From Camelus ferus (Eukaryota), in NCBI RefSeq assembly GCF_009834535.1, contig NC_045697.1:74650001-74714000 (forward strand): a stretch of 64,000 nucleotides of DNA. Reading direction: 5' to 3'. This document shows positions 14,808 through 29,680 of this stretch, in pieces. The notes under the pieces are model-generated. The model saw nothing but the letters and a program-made list of their open reading frames with translations. It did no database searches and had not been told where the DNA came from. Every line of letters begins with the position of its first letter. Position 1 is the stretch's first letter. A program made the translations under genes and the position numbers.

Positions 14808-16499
14808 CTGTAAAAAATAAAAGAGGATATATTACTTCATAATTCCCTTAATAAATTATAAATTTAGGCAAAAATCTACTTATAAACATCTATCTTTGAA
14901 AACATACCCAATTATAGACAGGCATATTCAAACCCAAAGTATACTGTTTAGAAAAAATTTCTACATCTTTGATGGTCTGTGACAAAGTGTGAGATAATTA
15001 ACCATTTTGCTAAGATAGACGTTTGAATTGTATACACCAGAAGACAGTAGTGCTGGATGAGTCACATAGCTAACGAGTACGTTTAGCCAATCTCCCAGAC
15101 TCCACAACACAACACAGCCTTGTTGCTCTCTATTCATTATTATCTCACACACAGCCAATTTCATTAAGAAATTTTTTAAAAATTGGGGGGAGTAGTGAGG
15201 GGGTCATCCTACAAGAAATTTCCCCATTAAAGCTGGCAATGAAAGCAAAAATAAAATGGAATTGTTTAAAGAAGTAGTAGTTCAACACCAGGAGGCAGAA
15301 GTTTGGGATGAATTAACGAGCTGAATATCATGTAGTTATGAAATGATTAAGAGACTAAAGGAATCATTTACATTTTTAAGTTACACCATTACAGAAGGAA
15401 TAACTAAATCAACCACTTCAAATTTTGGTCATGTTCTATAGGACCAAACATGAAACAATTCTTATTAGTCTGTGTAACCATAATGGTAGAGAAAGAGCCA
15501 GGAATTTGGGATTCAAACTCTGACAACACATGCTGTGTCAACTTCTCTGGCACATCTATTTAATGAAAGATTTGGACAACCTGATCTCTAAGCCCTCTTG
15601 AACTTTAAGCATTATATGGTGCTACAATTCTAACTCTTAACATAAGGTACAGAACACCAGGTGTTCTTGTAAAGCAACCAACCAAACTCAAAGATATTTA
15701 GAGACTCTCATCAAGGGAATCAGGAATGAAAAAAGGAATTCTTTCAACAGAGAGTCAAAAGGATTAAAATACTGGGGGAAATTCACACATAAAAAATAGG
15801 TGATGGACATCCATAGTATATCTATAAGAGAATAAAAAAAGGCAAGATGACAAAGAAATTGACAGGAAAAGAAAAAATTTGGCAGGATTTGGCCCATTAT
15901 CATGACTGCTGTCACTAAAGTTCTCTGATAGTACTGCAAGGCACCCTAATAATTTTGTGACACCTCTTCTTTCCTCAATGCCACAGATAAGGTGTTGTAC
16001 AAGATAAAATCGCTATTTCTTTTAGCAGCATGCTTCTGGTAAAATGGATGTGCCAAAAGGCACTAAATTATGTTAATGATTTCTGACAAGGTTCAAATTG
16101 GACTGGAAGATTTCTCCAAATCTAGACATAATTACTTATAATTAGGCAATCCTATTCCAGGATGAACATTCTTTATAAGCAGGACTACACACTTATAAAT
16201 GAATATACATATGTATATATACTTCTTCTTAAAATATTCTGATTTTAAAATTAATAACCAAGATAATTTCTGTGAGTCCCACTAAATACATAAATACATA
16301 TTAATAGCATAAATCTAATAAACCTTCAATTATATTTTTATATTCTATCCAGTCTGTTCTTTTTCTCTATTCTTTTCACTTAAAATTGCCAAATATTCTT
16401 ATTGTTCATATGTTACTACATAATTTTCTAACAGCTTGAAAAATATGCATCCAGAAAGCACTTTCATTCTTCTTTCTTAGCACTATTAATCAGCTTCTA

Positions 16500-16619
<120 letters not shown>

Positions 16620-17252
16620 CTACAAATTTTAAAGAAAAAACATAAAAATATCTCAGATTACCAGTGCCATTGTTTTAATCTAGACAGTTCTGACTATACC
16701 AGTGGTGTAGTTGAAGGTGAACTGTGATAAATCTCTGAGCTAGCAGCAGAATGGCTTGCTATCTCTTGTGAATCTCCTATTGTACAATCAAAGAGAGGAG
16801 CTGATTCTACTGTTTTTAATCATTCCTCTCTATTTTGTCATCTGGGAGAATTAAGAATGATTCATATGTAGAATAATATTACCAGTCTCATACGTGTAAA
16901 ATAATGTATATAAAGCACTTTGTAAAATATCTGGTGATACAGAAAGTATCCAATAAATATAAGTTATTATTATGGCTACTTCTATATCCTTGCACATAAA
17001 TTTGTCCTTTTGTAAATGTGTACATTAGGAGAGATTTCTAGAAGACAATTACTAGGAAGAAGGGTATGAATATCATTTATGCTCTTGATAGACACTTTCA
17101 ATTGTTTTACAGAATGTTTCTATAAATTTACACTTACTCCAAAAGTTCCAATTTCAATATACCTTTATTAAATTTTGCTAATTCAGTATGCAAGAAAAGA
17201 CTATTTTAATTTTTTAAATTCCTAATAAGAACATACATTTAAAAAATATTTG

Positions 17253-17372
17253 TTTTTGGGGGGGCGGGAATAATTAGGTTTATTTATTTATTTTTTGATG
17301 GAGGTACTGGGGATTAAACCCAGGACTTCGTGCATGCTAAGTATGCACTCTACCACTGAGCTATACCCTCCC
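17253..17372 (-). mobile_element. tRNA-derived SINE, camelid Vic-1-like
   Basis: Reverse complement gggagggtatagctcagtggtagagtgcatacttagcatgcacgaagtcctgggtttaatccccagtacctcc...aataaataaacctaattattccc; degenerate flanking repeat agaacatacattt / agaatacgcattt. Confidence 0.82.
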
Positions 17373-17687
17373 TTCAGAATACGCATTTTGAATAGATTTA
17401 CTGACTAGTATTTCTGTAGTGCTCTTTATGCATTTCTCTGTTTCAATGTACTTTTTCTGTTGATTTTAAATGTTCTTTAAATAGCAAGGATATTAATTTG
17501 TCTAACATGATTTTGTATAGATTCCTGCATCTTGTTTACTTTTTAATTTTATGTACTATGGACAGGTATCATTTTTATAATTAAAGTTAATCAGAAAAGA
17601 TAGGTCATAAGATAGTGTTCTCATGGCATCAAGATTCCCAAAGAATTATTAATTAAATAAAAAATAAAGATTGTATATGGGCTCTTA

Positions 17688-18002
<315 letters not shown>

Positions 18003-18006
18003 TCAC

Positions 18007-18056
18007 TCATCTTCAAGTAGTGGGTAAAATGCTTCTCCACCAACATCTTTTAATCT
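18007..18056 (-). CDS. TBCK: TBCK coding exon (~13)
   Basis: 50 nt, ttcacag| ... |gtgagt; RLKDVGGEAFYPLLED(D). Confidence 0.96.
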
Positions 18057-19969
18057 CTGTGAATTTAAACAGAAAATATTTATGATATTTAGGATCTGAG
18101 ACAGAAACACTGATCCATATTTAAAAGGAAATACAATGCAAAAATTATGAATTTATAAAGGTACCACAAAAAGTATAAAACAGAATCTAAAATTCATTCC
18201 TAACATAAATATGCCAATATACCAAACCTCCAGTGATTAAACTTAGCTGTGAAGAATAGTTTTTTTGTTTTTTGATTTTTTCACCTCCCGGTGTCTCTTA
18301 TAAAGGTTAGACACCTATTATAATAGTTTTCCAAAACAATTCAGAATTACTAAAATCAGTATGAAATTTAATAAATGGATAAAACGTTTTAGAATTATAT
18401 GAAGATTATTTTAAAAGTTACTTTTGTGTATATATCTCTTAATTTAAAGCTCAAGTCAGATTTATTTTTGTTTTTGACATTAATACAAACTAAGACAAAT
18501 GTAAGGTGCTAATAAAAAGGATACAAAAGAATTTCTCACATTATACTTTGAAGATGAATGATTCAAACAGCTGATAAATCACATGACAAAATTCAATTCT
18601 CTTATTTTTTGCACAAAGTCATTATAATTAACGTTACTCCAAATAATAACATTGCCAGGCTACAGATACTCTTCAAAAAACATAAGAAGATAGGCAGTAG
18701 TACATCAAAACCTTAGACACATGCTAAGCAGGGTGATTACAGTTAATACCACCCTGCCTGCTGCTTTGCTCTTCAGTTCAACTTCCAACTGGAAGGCAGA
18801 GTGGCTGTTCCTCTGGGGAATGACACAGAAGTTCAAGTTCTGTGCGTGGCCAGCACTGATCTTTTGTTGATTACAGTCATTGTGCACTCATCCACTGAGT
18901 TATTCCCAGAATTTTTAAAAGCCAAAGAAAATCCAATACTGAGAATCTGGCAAACATTGGATTCATGCCTGGCTTTTCTCTAAAATTCAACATGTATTTA
19001 GCCTATTTTGCCTTTAAACCTTTAGATATTTCATGGATTAAAATTCTAAGTTGAAAACTAAGATTTTCCCATATTTTACTGCATTATTAATGTACACAAT
19101 TTTTTTAAAGTTTAGGTTTTATTGTCCTGAAAGTCATAAATATTATTAGTATCTTTTCTGCTTTTTTTTAGTTAAAAATTTAGCATTTTAAGGTTAAAAG
19201 GCAAAAATACTTACACAGAAAAGTAAAAGGTAAAAATTATTTGATTTCCATATTATTTAAAAAATCAGCAAATTAACAATTTTTTATTAATAATTATGGA
19301 AAACAGTATTTCAAATTTCCCAAAGTGGAAATGTAAAGGAATTGAGGTAGTAAATAAGATTGAAGCCTATATTCATTTAACTTGTATTCATATAATTTGG
19401 ATTATATTTAAATTAAAGAAACAAATTAAGAGTAAAGTTGCAATCAGTTGAAACCATTTATTTGGGATGTACTTTATTGTTTGTGGCCTTGTAGTGCTAC
19501 TTATTTTGTTCACTATGCACATTCTTTCTCTTCAAAGATATGATAAGTTTAGGGTATCAAGTACAATAATTATATATTTTAATTTTCTATTCCTGGCATT
19601 ACAGCATATAAGACATTCTAACACCCTCCAACTACATAACATGTAAAATATTAAATGACAGGAAGAGCCTAAAAGAGTAAGGAAAGTGCAATGACATAGA
19701 CACAAAGCTGGGTTTAAAAGAAAGGAGGTAAGCTAGCACTAAAGTGTACTGATAACTGCAGCCTAGGGCTTTAGAGCACGATGGGACAAAAGTAGCCAAA
19801 CTGAAGGGGACCCTGCTATACACAAGTAAAGAAAGAATTGTGTGTGTGTGTGTGTGTTAGGGGCAGAAGGGAGGATGCTGACCTGTTGGCCTAGTGACAG
19901 ACAACAAGGAAAATTACATATATTAGCTTTGACCATAGATGTTTAAAAATTTAAAAAGATTAGAAGTTT

Positions 19970-22540
19970 TGGTTTCCAGTCCAACACTCAGCTTGGAAGT
20001 CATCCTTCCTGTCCTAACAACAAGAAAAAGCTAATGAAACTGAAAATCAGCAATTCTTTTTAGATCCATCAGAATCAAGGCAAAATGATCCCTGGAAAAG
20101 TGAAGAGATCGGCAAATACAGAGAAGCACAGCTAAGCTGGAGCAAAAGCCATTGCTGGAGCCTGGTTAGAACATTTGAAGGGTAACTGACTAACTGTCGC
20201 AGATTTAGCAAGGACTAACTTGAGAGATAAAAAGTTCTGGAGGCCCAATCCTAGAGGAAACTCTATGCTTTCCTGAGTTTTACCTCCAGAAGTCCCATCA
20301 AGTTCTCAGGGTGAAGATCTAAGAAAAATTCCCTCATGTCTCTTGTAGGAGGAGGGGCAAAGTAAGCATTCTGAAATACTCCCATAGTACCCCATTCTCA
20401 TTAATAAAGTCCTGCCCTCAAGGGAAACTGTTTTACCAGAGCCTAACTGAGCTGAGGTAAGGGAAATTCGGGAGTCTAGCCCACTAGTCTCTGGTGTGAG
20501 GAAGCAAAGTACCCAAGTTCCAGCTCTCTCTGGCCTTCCTGTCTCACTCAAAGAGGGGGAGGGAAGCTGAGAGGCTCATAGCCCAGTGACACAGGCTCAC
20601 TACAGTACAGAGACCTAACAATAGGATGAGCCCTCCTATCGACTTTCCTTCCTCACCTTACCTCTGTATGTAGAGTTCCTATATAATTCAGGGGATTCCA
20701 GCTGAAAAAACTGCAAGCCTCAGACCCTATTTAAAAAACAATCTCCAAAGAAATCCAAAGACAACAAAGATAAGAACAAGAAGACTTGGGGAAATTTTAC
20801 CCTCTGACAAAAAAGCTACACGAATAGTAAATAGGTAGATAAACATGAAATCTTGCACTTAAAGGCCTATTTACCACAATTCCTTTTACTGATATATATA
20901 TATAATTGTTTCAAAAAATACAATTGTAAGGCATGCTAAAATGTAAAAAAGACATGCTGAAGAGACAAAGCAAGCTTCAGAACCAGATGTACAAATGGCA
21001 GAGATTTTGGAATTATCAGACCAGCAATTTAAAATAACTATAATTAAAATGCTAAGGGCTGTAAGGGAAGAAATGGACAACATGCAAAATCAGGTGGGTA
21101 ATATAAGCAGAGAGATGAAAATTCTAAGAAAGAATGAAAAGATGTAACCTACGTGTAAACAGGAATACACAAAAGAGGATAGAGAAAGGAATGGAGGAAA
21201 TATTTGAAGTAATGATGACAGAAATTTTTAAAATAAAACATACACCAAATGATGAAATCCAAGAAGCTCAGAGAACAACAAGCAGGATAAATTTTTTTTA
21301 AAAAGTCTACACCTAGGCATATCATAGTCTAACTATAAAAACTCAAAGACAACAAGAAAATCTTAATAGAACTAAGACAGAGGTGAGGGGAACTTTACCT
21401 ATAGAGGAACAAGGATAAGAATTACATGGGATTGCTCTTCAAAAACCATGCAAGCAAGCAAGAGAGTGGAGTGAGATGTCCAAAGTACTGAAAGAAAACA
21501 AACAAACTAGAATTCTGTATCCAGCAAAATTATCCTTCAAAAGAAAAGGAGAAAGACCCAACTTCACGTTGTCTAAAAGAAACCCACTTTAAATATAAAG
21601 TAATAGATAAATTAAAAGTAGAGATAAGGGAAGTTATACCATAACACTAATTAAATGAAAACTGGAATAGCTATATTAATTTCAAACAAAACTAATTTCA
21701 GTGCAAGGAACATCATGTACACACATACAAACATCCTATTTACAAGACCAAAAATAAACTATCTTAGAAATAAATCTGATAACTGATCTACAGACACTAA
21801 AAAGCAAATTTTGATATAAAACAGGACCTAAATAAATGGTATATCTATACCATGTTCAAGAAATAGGACTCCATATGTTGAAGATACCAATTCTCTACAG
21901 AATAACCTACAAATTCAATGCAATTATAATCAAAATCCTATACTTCTAAAATAAAATTTGACAAGATCATTATAAAAATCAAATAGAAGGACTCCATGTT
22001 AGAGTTTGTATTTGAGAATAAATTGGAGATCTCCCTTGCTAGGCATCAAGATCTCATATAAAACAATGTATTAATGTAGTGTGCAATTGGCTAAGGTTAT
22101 ACAAATAGGTCAAAGATCAGAATAAAAAGCCTAGAAACATATCCATGCATATATGAAAGAGTTGGCATTACAGATCAAAAAAAGTAAATGGCGAATTATT
22201 CAATATATAGTGCTGAGACAAGGGATTATTTATTATAAACAAAATATGATATTGGACACCTACCTCACATCTTATTCAAAAAAAAAATCTGCCAGTGAAT
22301 TAATGGACTAAATGTGGAAAAAAGTCTTTAAATCTTTTAGAAAGAAAACAGAAAAATTTTATAAAAAATATGTTTATAATCCTGGTATAACTTTAACTGT
22401 TAAAATAAGTAAAATATATCAAATAAAACATATTTGACTACAAAGAAAAACATTAATAAAATTACGAATTCTATTCATTAAAAGACACCATGAAAAAGTT
22501 AAAGGAAAAGCCACAGATTAGAGGATACATGCAGTACCTA
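19970..22540 (+). mobile_element. Old LINE-1 (L1M) with 5'/ORF1/ORF2 remnants, interrupted by Tigger1
   Basis: ORF1-type text (gaaatatttgaagtaatgatg, gaagctcagagaacaacaagcaggataaa, agaattctgtatccagcaaaattatccttcaaa) followed by ORF2-type text (acaaattcaatgcaattataatcaaaatcc). Confidence 0.82.
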
Positions 22541-24939
22541 CAGGCATACCTCAAAGATATTGTGGGTTTGGTTCCAGACCACCACAAAAAAGCAAATATC
22601 ATAATAAAGTAAGTTACACAAATTTTTTGGTTTTCTAGTACCTATAAAAGTTATTTTTACTGTAGTCTATTATACAATAGCATTATGTAAAAAACAAAAC
22701 AATGTACGTATCTTAATTAAAAATACTTCATTGCTAAAAAATGCTAACCACCACCTGAGCCTTCAGTGAGTATAATATAATATAAAATCTTTTTGCTGCT
22801 GTGGAGTCTTGCATTGATGTTGATGGTTGCTGAGGGATTAGGCTTGTCACTGCCGAAGGCTGGGGAGGCTATGGCAACTCCTTAAAATAAAACAATGAAA
22901 GTAAGCTGCATCGATTGACACTTCTTTTCATGAATTATTTCTCTGAAGCATGCAATGCTGTTTGATAGCATTTTACCCACAGCAGAATTTCTTTCAAAAT
23001 TGGAGTCAATCCCCTCAAAACCTACTGCTGCTTTATCAACTAAGTTTAAATAATATTCTCAATCTTTTGTTGTCATTTCAACAATTTTTACAGCATCTTC
23101 ACCAGGAGTAGATTCCATCTGAAGAAACCACTTTTCTCATCCATAGGAAGCAACTCCTCATCTGTTATTTGAAGTTTGATCATAAGAATGAAGCAATTCA
23201 GTCACATCTTCAGGCTCCACTTCTAATTTTACTTCTCTTGCTATTTCTAACACATCTGTAGTTCTGTCTTGCCCTGAAGTTTTGAACCTTTCAAAGTCAT
23301 CCTTGAGGGTTGGAATCAACTTCTTCCAAATTCCTGTTAATGTGGATATTTTGATCTCTTCCCATGAATTATAAATGTTGTTATTGGCATCTAGAATGGT
23401 GAATGCTTTCCAGAAAGTGTTCAATTGACTTTGCTTAGATCCATCAGAGGAATCACTATGCATAGCAGCTAGAGCCTTACTTAACTTACTTCTTAAAGAA
23501 AAAGGCTTGAAAGTCAAAATGAATCCCTTGATTTGTGGGCAGCAGAATGGATGTTAGCAGGCATGAAAAAAATATTAGTTTTGTTGTATATCTCCATCAG
23601 GTCACTTGGGTGACCAGGTGCATTGTCAGTGAGTGGGAACATTTTGAAAAAAAAATTTTTTTTCTGAGCCGTAGATCTCAACAGTTGGCTTAAAATATTT
23701 AGTAAACCACGTTGTAAATAGATGGGCTGTCATCTAGGCTTTGTTGTTCCATTTATGGAGCACAGGCAGAGCAGATTGAGCATCATTCTAGAGGGCTCTA
23801 AAGGTTTTCAGAATGGTAAATCAGCATTGCCTTCAACTTAACATTACCAGCGGCATTAGCCCTTAACAAGAGGGGTCAGCCTGTCCTTTGAAATCGGGCA
23901 TTAGCTTCTCCTCCCTAGCTATGAAAGTCCTAGATGGCATCTTCCAATATAAGGCTGTTTCATCTACGTGGAAAATCTGTTGTTTAGTGTAGCCACCTTC
24001 ATTAATTATTTTAGCTAGATCTTCAGGATAACTTGCTGCAGTTTATACATCAGCATTTGCTGCTTCACCTTGCATTTTTATTTTCTGGAGATGGTTTCTT
24101 TCCTCAAACCTCATGAACCAAGTGCTGCTAGCTTCAAACTTTTCTTCTGCAGCTTCCTCACCTCTCTCAGCCTTCACAGCATTGAAGAGAGCTGGCCTTG
24201 CTCTACATTAGGCTTTGGCTGAAGGGAATGCTGTGGCTGGTTTGATCTATCCAGACCACTACAACTTTCTCCTTATCAGCAATATGGTTGTTTTGCTTGT
24301 TTATCATTCATATGTTCACTGGAGTAGCACTTTTCTTCTCCTTCAAGAACTTTTTCTTCTTATTGACAACTTGGCTGTTTGGCACAAGAGGTCTAGCTTT
24401 TGGCCTACCTCAAATTTTGACACACTTTCATCAATACTAAGCTTAACCATTTCTAGCTTTTGATTTAAAGTGAGAGATGTGCAACTCTTTCTTACACTTG
24501 AACACTTAGAGGCCACTGTAGGGTTATTTATTGGCTTAATATCGATATTTTTGCATCTCAGGGAACAGGGAGGCCAGAGAAGATGGAGAGAATTGGAATA
24601 GCCAGTTGGTGGAACACTCAGACACACACTATATTTACAGATTAAGTTCGCTGTCTTATATAGGCTTGATTCAGGGTGCCCCAAGACAATTATAATAGTA
24701 ACATGAAAGATCACTGGTCACAGATCACCATAACAAATATAATAATAATAATGAAAATGTTTGAAATATTACAAGAATTACCAAAATGTGACACACAGAC
24801 ACAAAGTAAGCAAATGCTGTTGGAAAAATAGGGCTGACAGGCTTGGCTGATGCACGGTTGCTACAAATCTTCAATTTGCAAAAAAAATGCAGTATCTGCA
24901 AAGTGCAATAAGCTAAGTGCTATCATTGAGGTATGCCTG
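22541..24939 (-). mobile_element. Near-full-length Tigger1-family (TcMar-Tigger) DNA transposon, decayed transposase
   Basis: 2399 bp; 14-bp perfect TIR CAGGCATACCTCAA at both ends; TA at 22539-40 and 24940-41; ORFs 24343..24714 ([22 protein letters not shown] region) and 23158..23517 ([14 protein letters not shown]...[13 protein letters not shown] region). Confidence 0.95.
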
Positions 24940-24941
24940 TA

Positions 24942-25380
24942 TATAGCCAACAAAGCATCCATATGTGAATACATTTTTAAAAGTCCTCAAATCAATACAA
25001 AATCACTCAATGAAAAAACTGGAAAGAGATATGAGCTAAGTAATGCCTAAAAGAGATAAAAAAAATGGCCAAAAATATGAAAAGACACATAACTGCACTT
25101 TAATCAGGGAATTAAAAATTAGTATTATAGCAAAATATGATTCCACTTGTTTTAGAACAATAACTGCTTTAAACTTGATAATACCATGTGTTATTATGTA
25201 TGTGGAGAAATGAGAACCCTTATCCAATTATGGTAAAAAGATGAAGTGATAAAAACCACTTCTGTGAACAATCAGACAATATATATACTAAGCTGATGAT
25301 GTACAGATCCTATTTTCCAATAATGCCATTCTTGGGCACATACCTTAAAAAAATTCTCATATATATCATGATATCAGGGA
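24942..25380 (+). mobile_element. Continuation of the old L1 ORF2 3' region after the Tigger1 insertion
   Basis: aaatggccaaaaatatgaaaagacac, gtggagaaatgagaaccct, taatgccattcttgggcacatacc are L1 ORF2 3' motifs collinear with the fragment ending at 22540. Confidence 0.7.
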
Positions 25381-25396
25381 GGAATTTAAAGCTTCA

Positions 25397-25615
<219 letters not shown>

Positions 25616-26912
25616 TTAATTATTTTAATGAGCACAGAAATCTATTATTTCTTCTAGGAAATAAAATGTATTCTACATCATCAATCTCTTCATCAAAAGA
25701 AAGAAATTTTAGACTGAATGGGTTAATAAAAAATGTAACTGTTGGTCAAAGTTTCTCCAGACAATTCACATTTAAAAATATATGTTGAGTTGGCATAAAT
25801 ACAGTATATAAATATAAAGTATTTTAGGAATACAAAAGTATGATTTACACTCTTTGTTCACACAGGTGCAATGCTAAAATTACTCTCCTGACACTATGTA
25901 AATGTGCTCCTGAGGAAGTTTATATGAGCAAAAAATGATAAAGGGAAGAAGAAAGAAAAATGCTAAGGATGATCATTTCTCAGGGGAAAGAATGCTGAAT
26001 AATAAATGCATGGAGTCTGTTTAGAGTTTTAGAGAATTACTTTTGAGAATTTTTATATCCTTCAAACCATTTATTCTTGGAATTTCCATCATTTTATTTC
26101 CTGATTTTCTACTTAATTCATTCTATGAACAGCATAATTAAAGTTAATATTTAAAAATCAGTTTAAGGGGGGAAAAATAGAGAACAAATGCTATATTCAA
26201 ACAATTAACCTAAAATTTAACACATGAAGAAAAATATGATCAGCAGATGATTTCTACAGTTACTTACAAAGATCAAATCTAGTCCTGGATCTAAAATTAA
26301 AACTTTAAAGCACTGGTGGAAATGCAAGAGATTCAGGTTCTCTACTTCTTGAATAAATATGAAGAACAAGGGAACAGTAGCAATTTTGGCCCATAGTACT
26401 GCATTATCATTTAACTTCTAGGTAATTTATAGGATGGTGTCCAAGAACTTACACAGTTCTGCAGATTTTTTCAACAGTGAATTAGCACCGTGAAGATCTC
26501 TAGACAAGTAATGATGTCACTGAGCACATTTTAAAATATTATTAGAGGTATAAAATAGTTCCTCATAAAGGGTACACTAGCCTAGTTTATTAGCTCTCTT
26601 AAACATTACTGTCTTTTCTAATTTGCACATTTTTCATTTATTGATCACCAATTACTGTGAGAGATTTCATAATAACTTTATTTCAAATAGATCATAAAGT
26701 AAATTCTTTATTAAAAACAATATTTATTAAAAATAATAAAAACATTGATGGGAACTCTGCAATTAGAAACTCCAGCCAAGAAAACAAGCTATTGACTTCA
26801 AATTGCGTTCATAATCACTTTGTTGGAATGTCTACCAAAAGAAAAGAATATCAAATTTTAAAAATGTCATTACTAGATTTTTCTCATTTCCAAGAGAAGT
26901 TTTCTTTCCTTA

Positions 26913-27188
<276 letters not shown>

Positions 27189-28174
27189 CTACAAAATGCA
27201 CAGAGGATGAAACGCAGATTTACATATTGGTTGTACATTCAGTTTTTTTGAGAAAAAGTATAATTTTTACCTTCTTTATCAGAGATATATGGGATATATA
27301 TCCTATATATCTCAGATATATTGAGCTCTGTGGGATAGAAATAAGGGCAAGAAAAAGTGTTTGGGTAAGGAATCAACAAAAATTGCCCCATCCTTTGTGT
27401 ATTGAGGCAATTGCTGCCTCTTCTGAGAAGTCTCTCTTGATGTCTCAGGTAGGTTTTGCTTCCACTTCACTATGTTCATATTGACCTTCATTTACAATAG
27501 CAATTGTGAGACTAAATGTTTGTCTGCCTCCCCATTTGGCGTGAATGATACTTGAAGATACAGTGTACGAAACGTAGTAGGAAGTCAATAAATATTTGAC
27601 TGAATGAATGTTTAGTAAATATTTTATGGCATGACTTATGCCATGATAACTTTTCAGTATAAAAGTACCTTACTGGTGTCCCTAAAAAACACATTCTGGG
27701 AGTTTTAATCTTCACCAGAGAAATGAAAAGAGAAAAAGTGATATTCTGTTATAAATGTGGAATATAATGATATGGACCTCCTACCAATAATATGATTTTT
27801 TGAGATCATTTAAAATAAATTATAAGCAATATGATGTATAAATATTGGTTTAGTGGAAATTCCATCAGAAATTAGATGATTTGACTTTAGGTTTAAATTT
27901 GAGATGAAATAGGACTTTGGTTTGCATAATAAAAAAAATTTTTGGTACTACTTCCTTTCCTCAATTCTTAAAGTTCTTGGTCCAAAGTAATTTAAATTTA
28001 AAGGATTAAAAGTTTAGTTATATTTTAACCACTTCCAGAATTATTTCTTAATTCTCAGATAAGTATCCATAAAATCTCACTAATGTAAATATATATATTG
28101 ATGATAAGTTCAAAAATGAAAGTAGGACAAGGTTTTAAAACAAGGCTCATATTCTTTGCCTTAGTTATGATTAC

Positions 28175-28323
28175 CTTTACACAGCTGACTGATATCCTCA
28201 GGCAGAGTTAAATCAGCACATCTCAGAGAAGATGAAAACAGGCTGGCAGGTTTGGTAAAGGGAATATGTAAGGGTGACACTTCACTGAACACCTTGTCCT
28301 GCATTAATTCATCCGGGGTTGGC
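28175..28323 (-). CDS. TBCK: TBCK coding exon (~10)
   Basis: 149 nt, tcttaag| ... |gtaatc; [49 protein letters not shown]. Confidence 0.96.
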
Positions 28324-29307
28324 CTTAAGAAACACATTTAAAATGCACAGCATGAATGAAAGTCTTCAAAATTACCCTAGAATAATGGCACATCTTCAAG
28401 TGGATAGTTAAAAGTCTTAAACACCTTATTAGTATAGAAAATAATAAAGCTCTCCTTTATTAGAGTCTTAGTAGAGTCTTAAAAAATAATCAAGTGACTG
28501 CAAGTAAATGCTGAATTTTTTTACCTTTGTTGTGCTTTTTGTACTAAATTTATGATGTATCAAAAGTTATTACATATGAGTATCTCCACTGTTTACTTTT
28601 AGCTTGACCATCATGTACCTCCTTTACTGAATATCTTAATTAAGTAATAAAAATTTAAACTGATAATACTTTTGGTTTTCTTCCTAGTCTTAGTTTAATG
28701 TGGTATATTTACCCCAAGCTATGCTTTAAATACCATTCCTCTCTTCCTAACACATCTTAATAAAGATGTTTTTCTAAAGACAAATTGGAATACATTATTT
28801 TCAAATATTACATACATACAGAGTTTAGGGATAACTGTATGGCTAACAGTGACATCATCAAATGAAAATAAATAATACAACTTCTAAGAAATCCTTTTAT
28901 ATTATCAGTGATTGTTAACTCATCTCATGGTTTATCTGGGTTCTTTTCTATAATACATATTTGCCAATAAACTTTTGTTCTCATTTTTTCTCATATCACT
29001 TGTATCATATCATTTGTATCTCATATCATTTGTGGAATATCTACATTCCACAGTTTAGCTGATTTTCTAATTGGAGGCTAGAAAATGAACTAGTAACTTC
29101 TTTGGTATATGCTCATTTTCTGACCATGGTTTAATTACTTTTTCTTCTTTTATTACCATACATTAAAACCATAACTAACAGTTATGGTACTGATATAAAT
29201 TACATATTACTATAAGTGTAAATATTCTTATTTAATCCATTAGTATTAAAAAATTCACTACTTATATGTTAGGATCTCAGTAATAATCCCAAACTCTTAA
29301 TATCAAC

Positions 29308-29369
29308 CTCTTGGAAGGGTGGAAGGTGAGGCACTTCTTCAAAAGATCTATCACATTTTCAGGAAGTTC
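29308..29369 (-). CDS. TBCK: TBCK coding exon (~9)
   Basis: 62 nt, ttaccag| ... |gttgat; [20 protein letters not shown](R). Confidence 0.95.
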
Positions 29370-29618
29370 CTGGTAAATAAAGAGAGAAAAGAACTATTTT
29401 AAATGATCCACTTAAAATTTTATATTACTTAAATGTTTGCTACTTAAGGACGTTCCGACATGTTTTGAAAGTCTTTATTTGGACTTTATACAAATTCGTA
29501 TTAGTTTGTCACTCTGTGAAACAGCAAATATGTAGAGAAATAAACACAGCTATAAAACAGTTTGCTACTGGATCCCACGTATGCAAAATAAATTTTCAAT
29601 AGAAGATTTGTGACAAAC

Positions 29619-29680
29619 CTTTATAATGTCCAGACAACCATGCTCTTCAGCCAAAACTATTATAGTGTCATCTACACAGT
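29619..29680 (-). CDS. TBCK: TBCK coding exon (~8)
   Basis: 62 nt, tttatag| ... |gtttgt; (D)[20 protein letters not shown]. Confidence 0.95.

Noticed and set aside
18728..18757. Hairpin with a CAGT loop resembling an iron-responsive element
   Set aside because: The loop is not CAGUGN, there is no 5' C bulge, and it is intronic and antisense to TBCK.
23158..24714. Tigger transposase ORFs as a possible domesticated TIGD-like gene
   Set aside because: The frame is fragmented by stops and frameshifts, and the TIRs and TA duplications remain, as expected for a neutral decayed copy.
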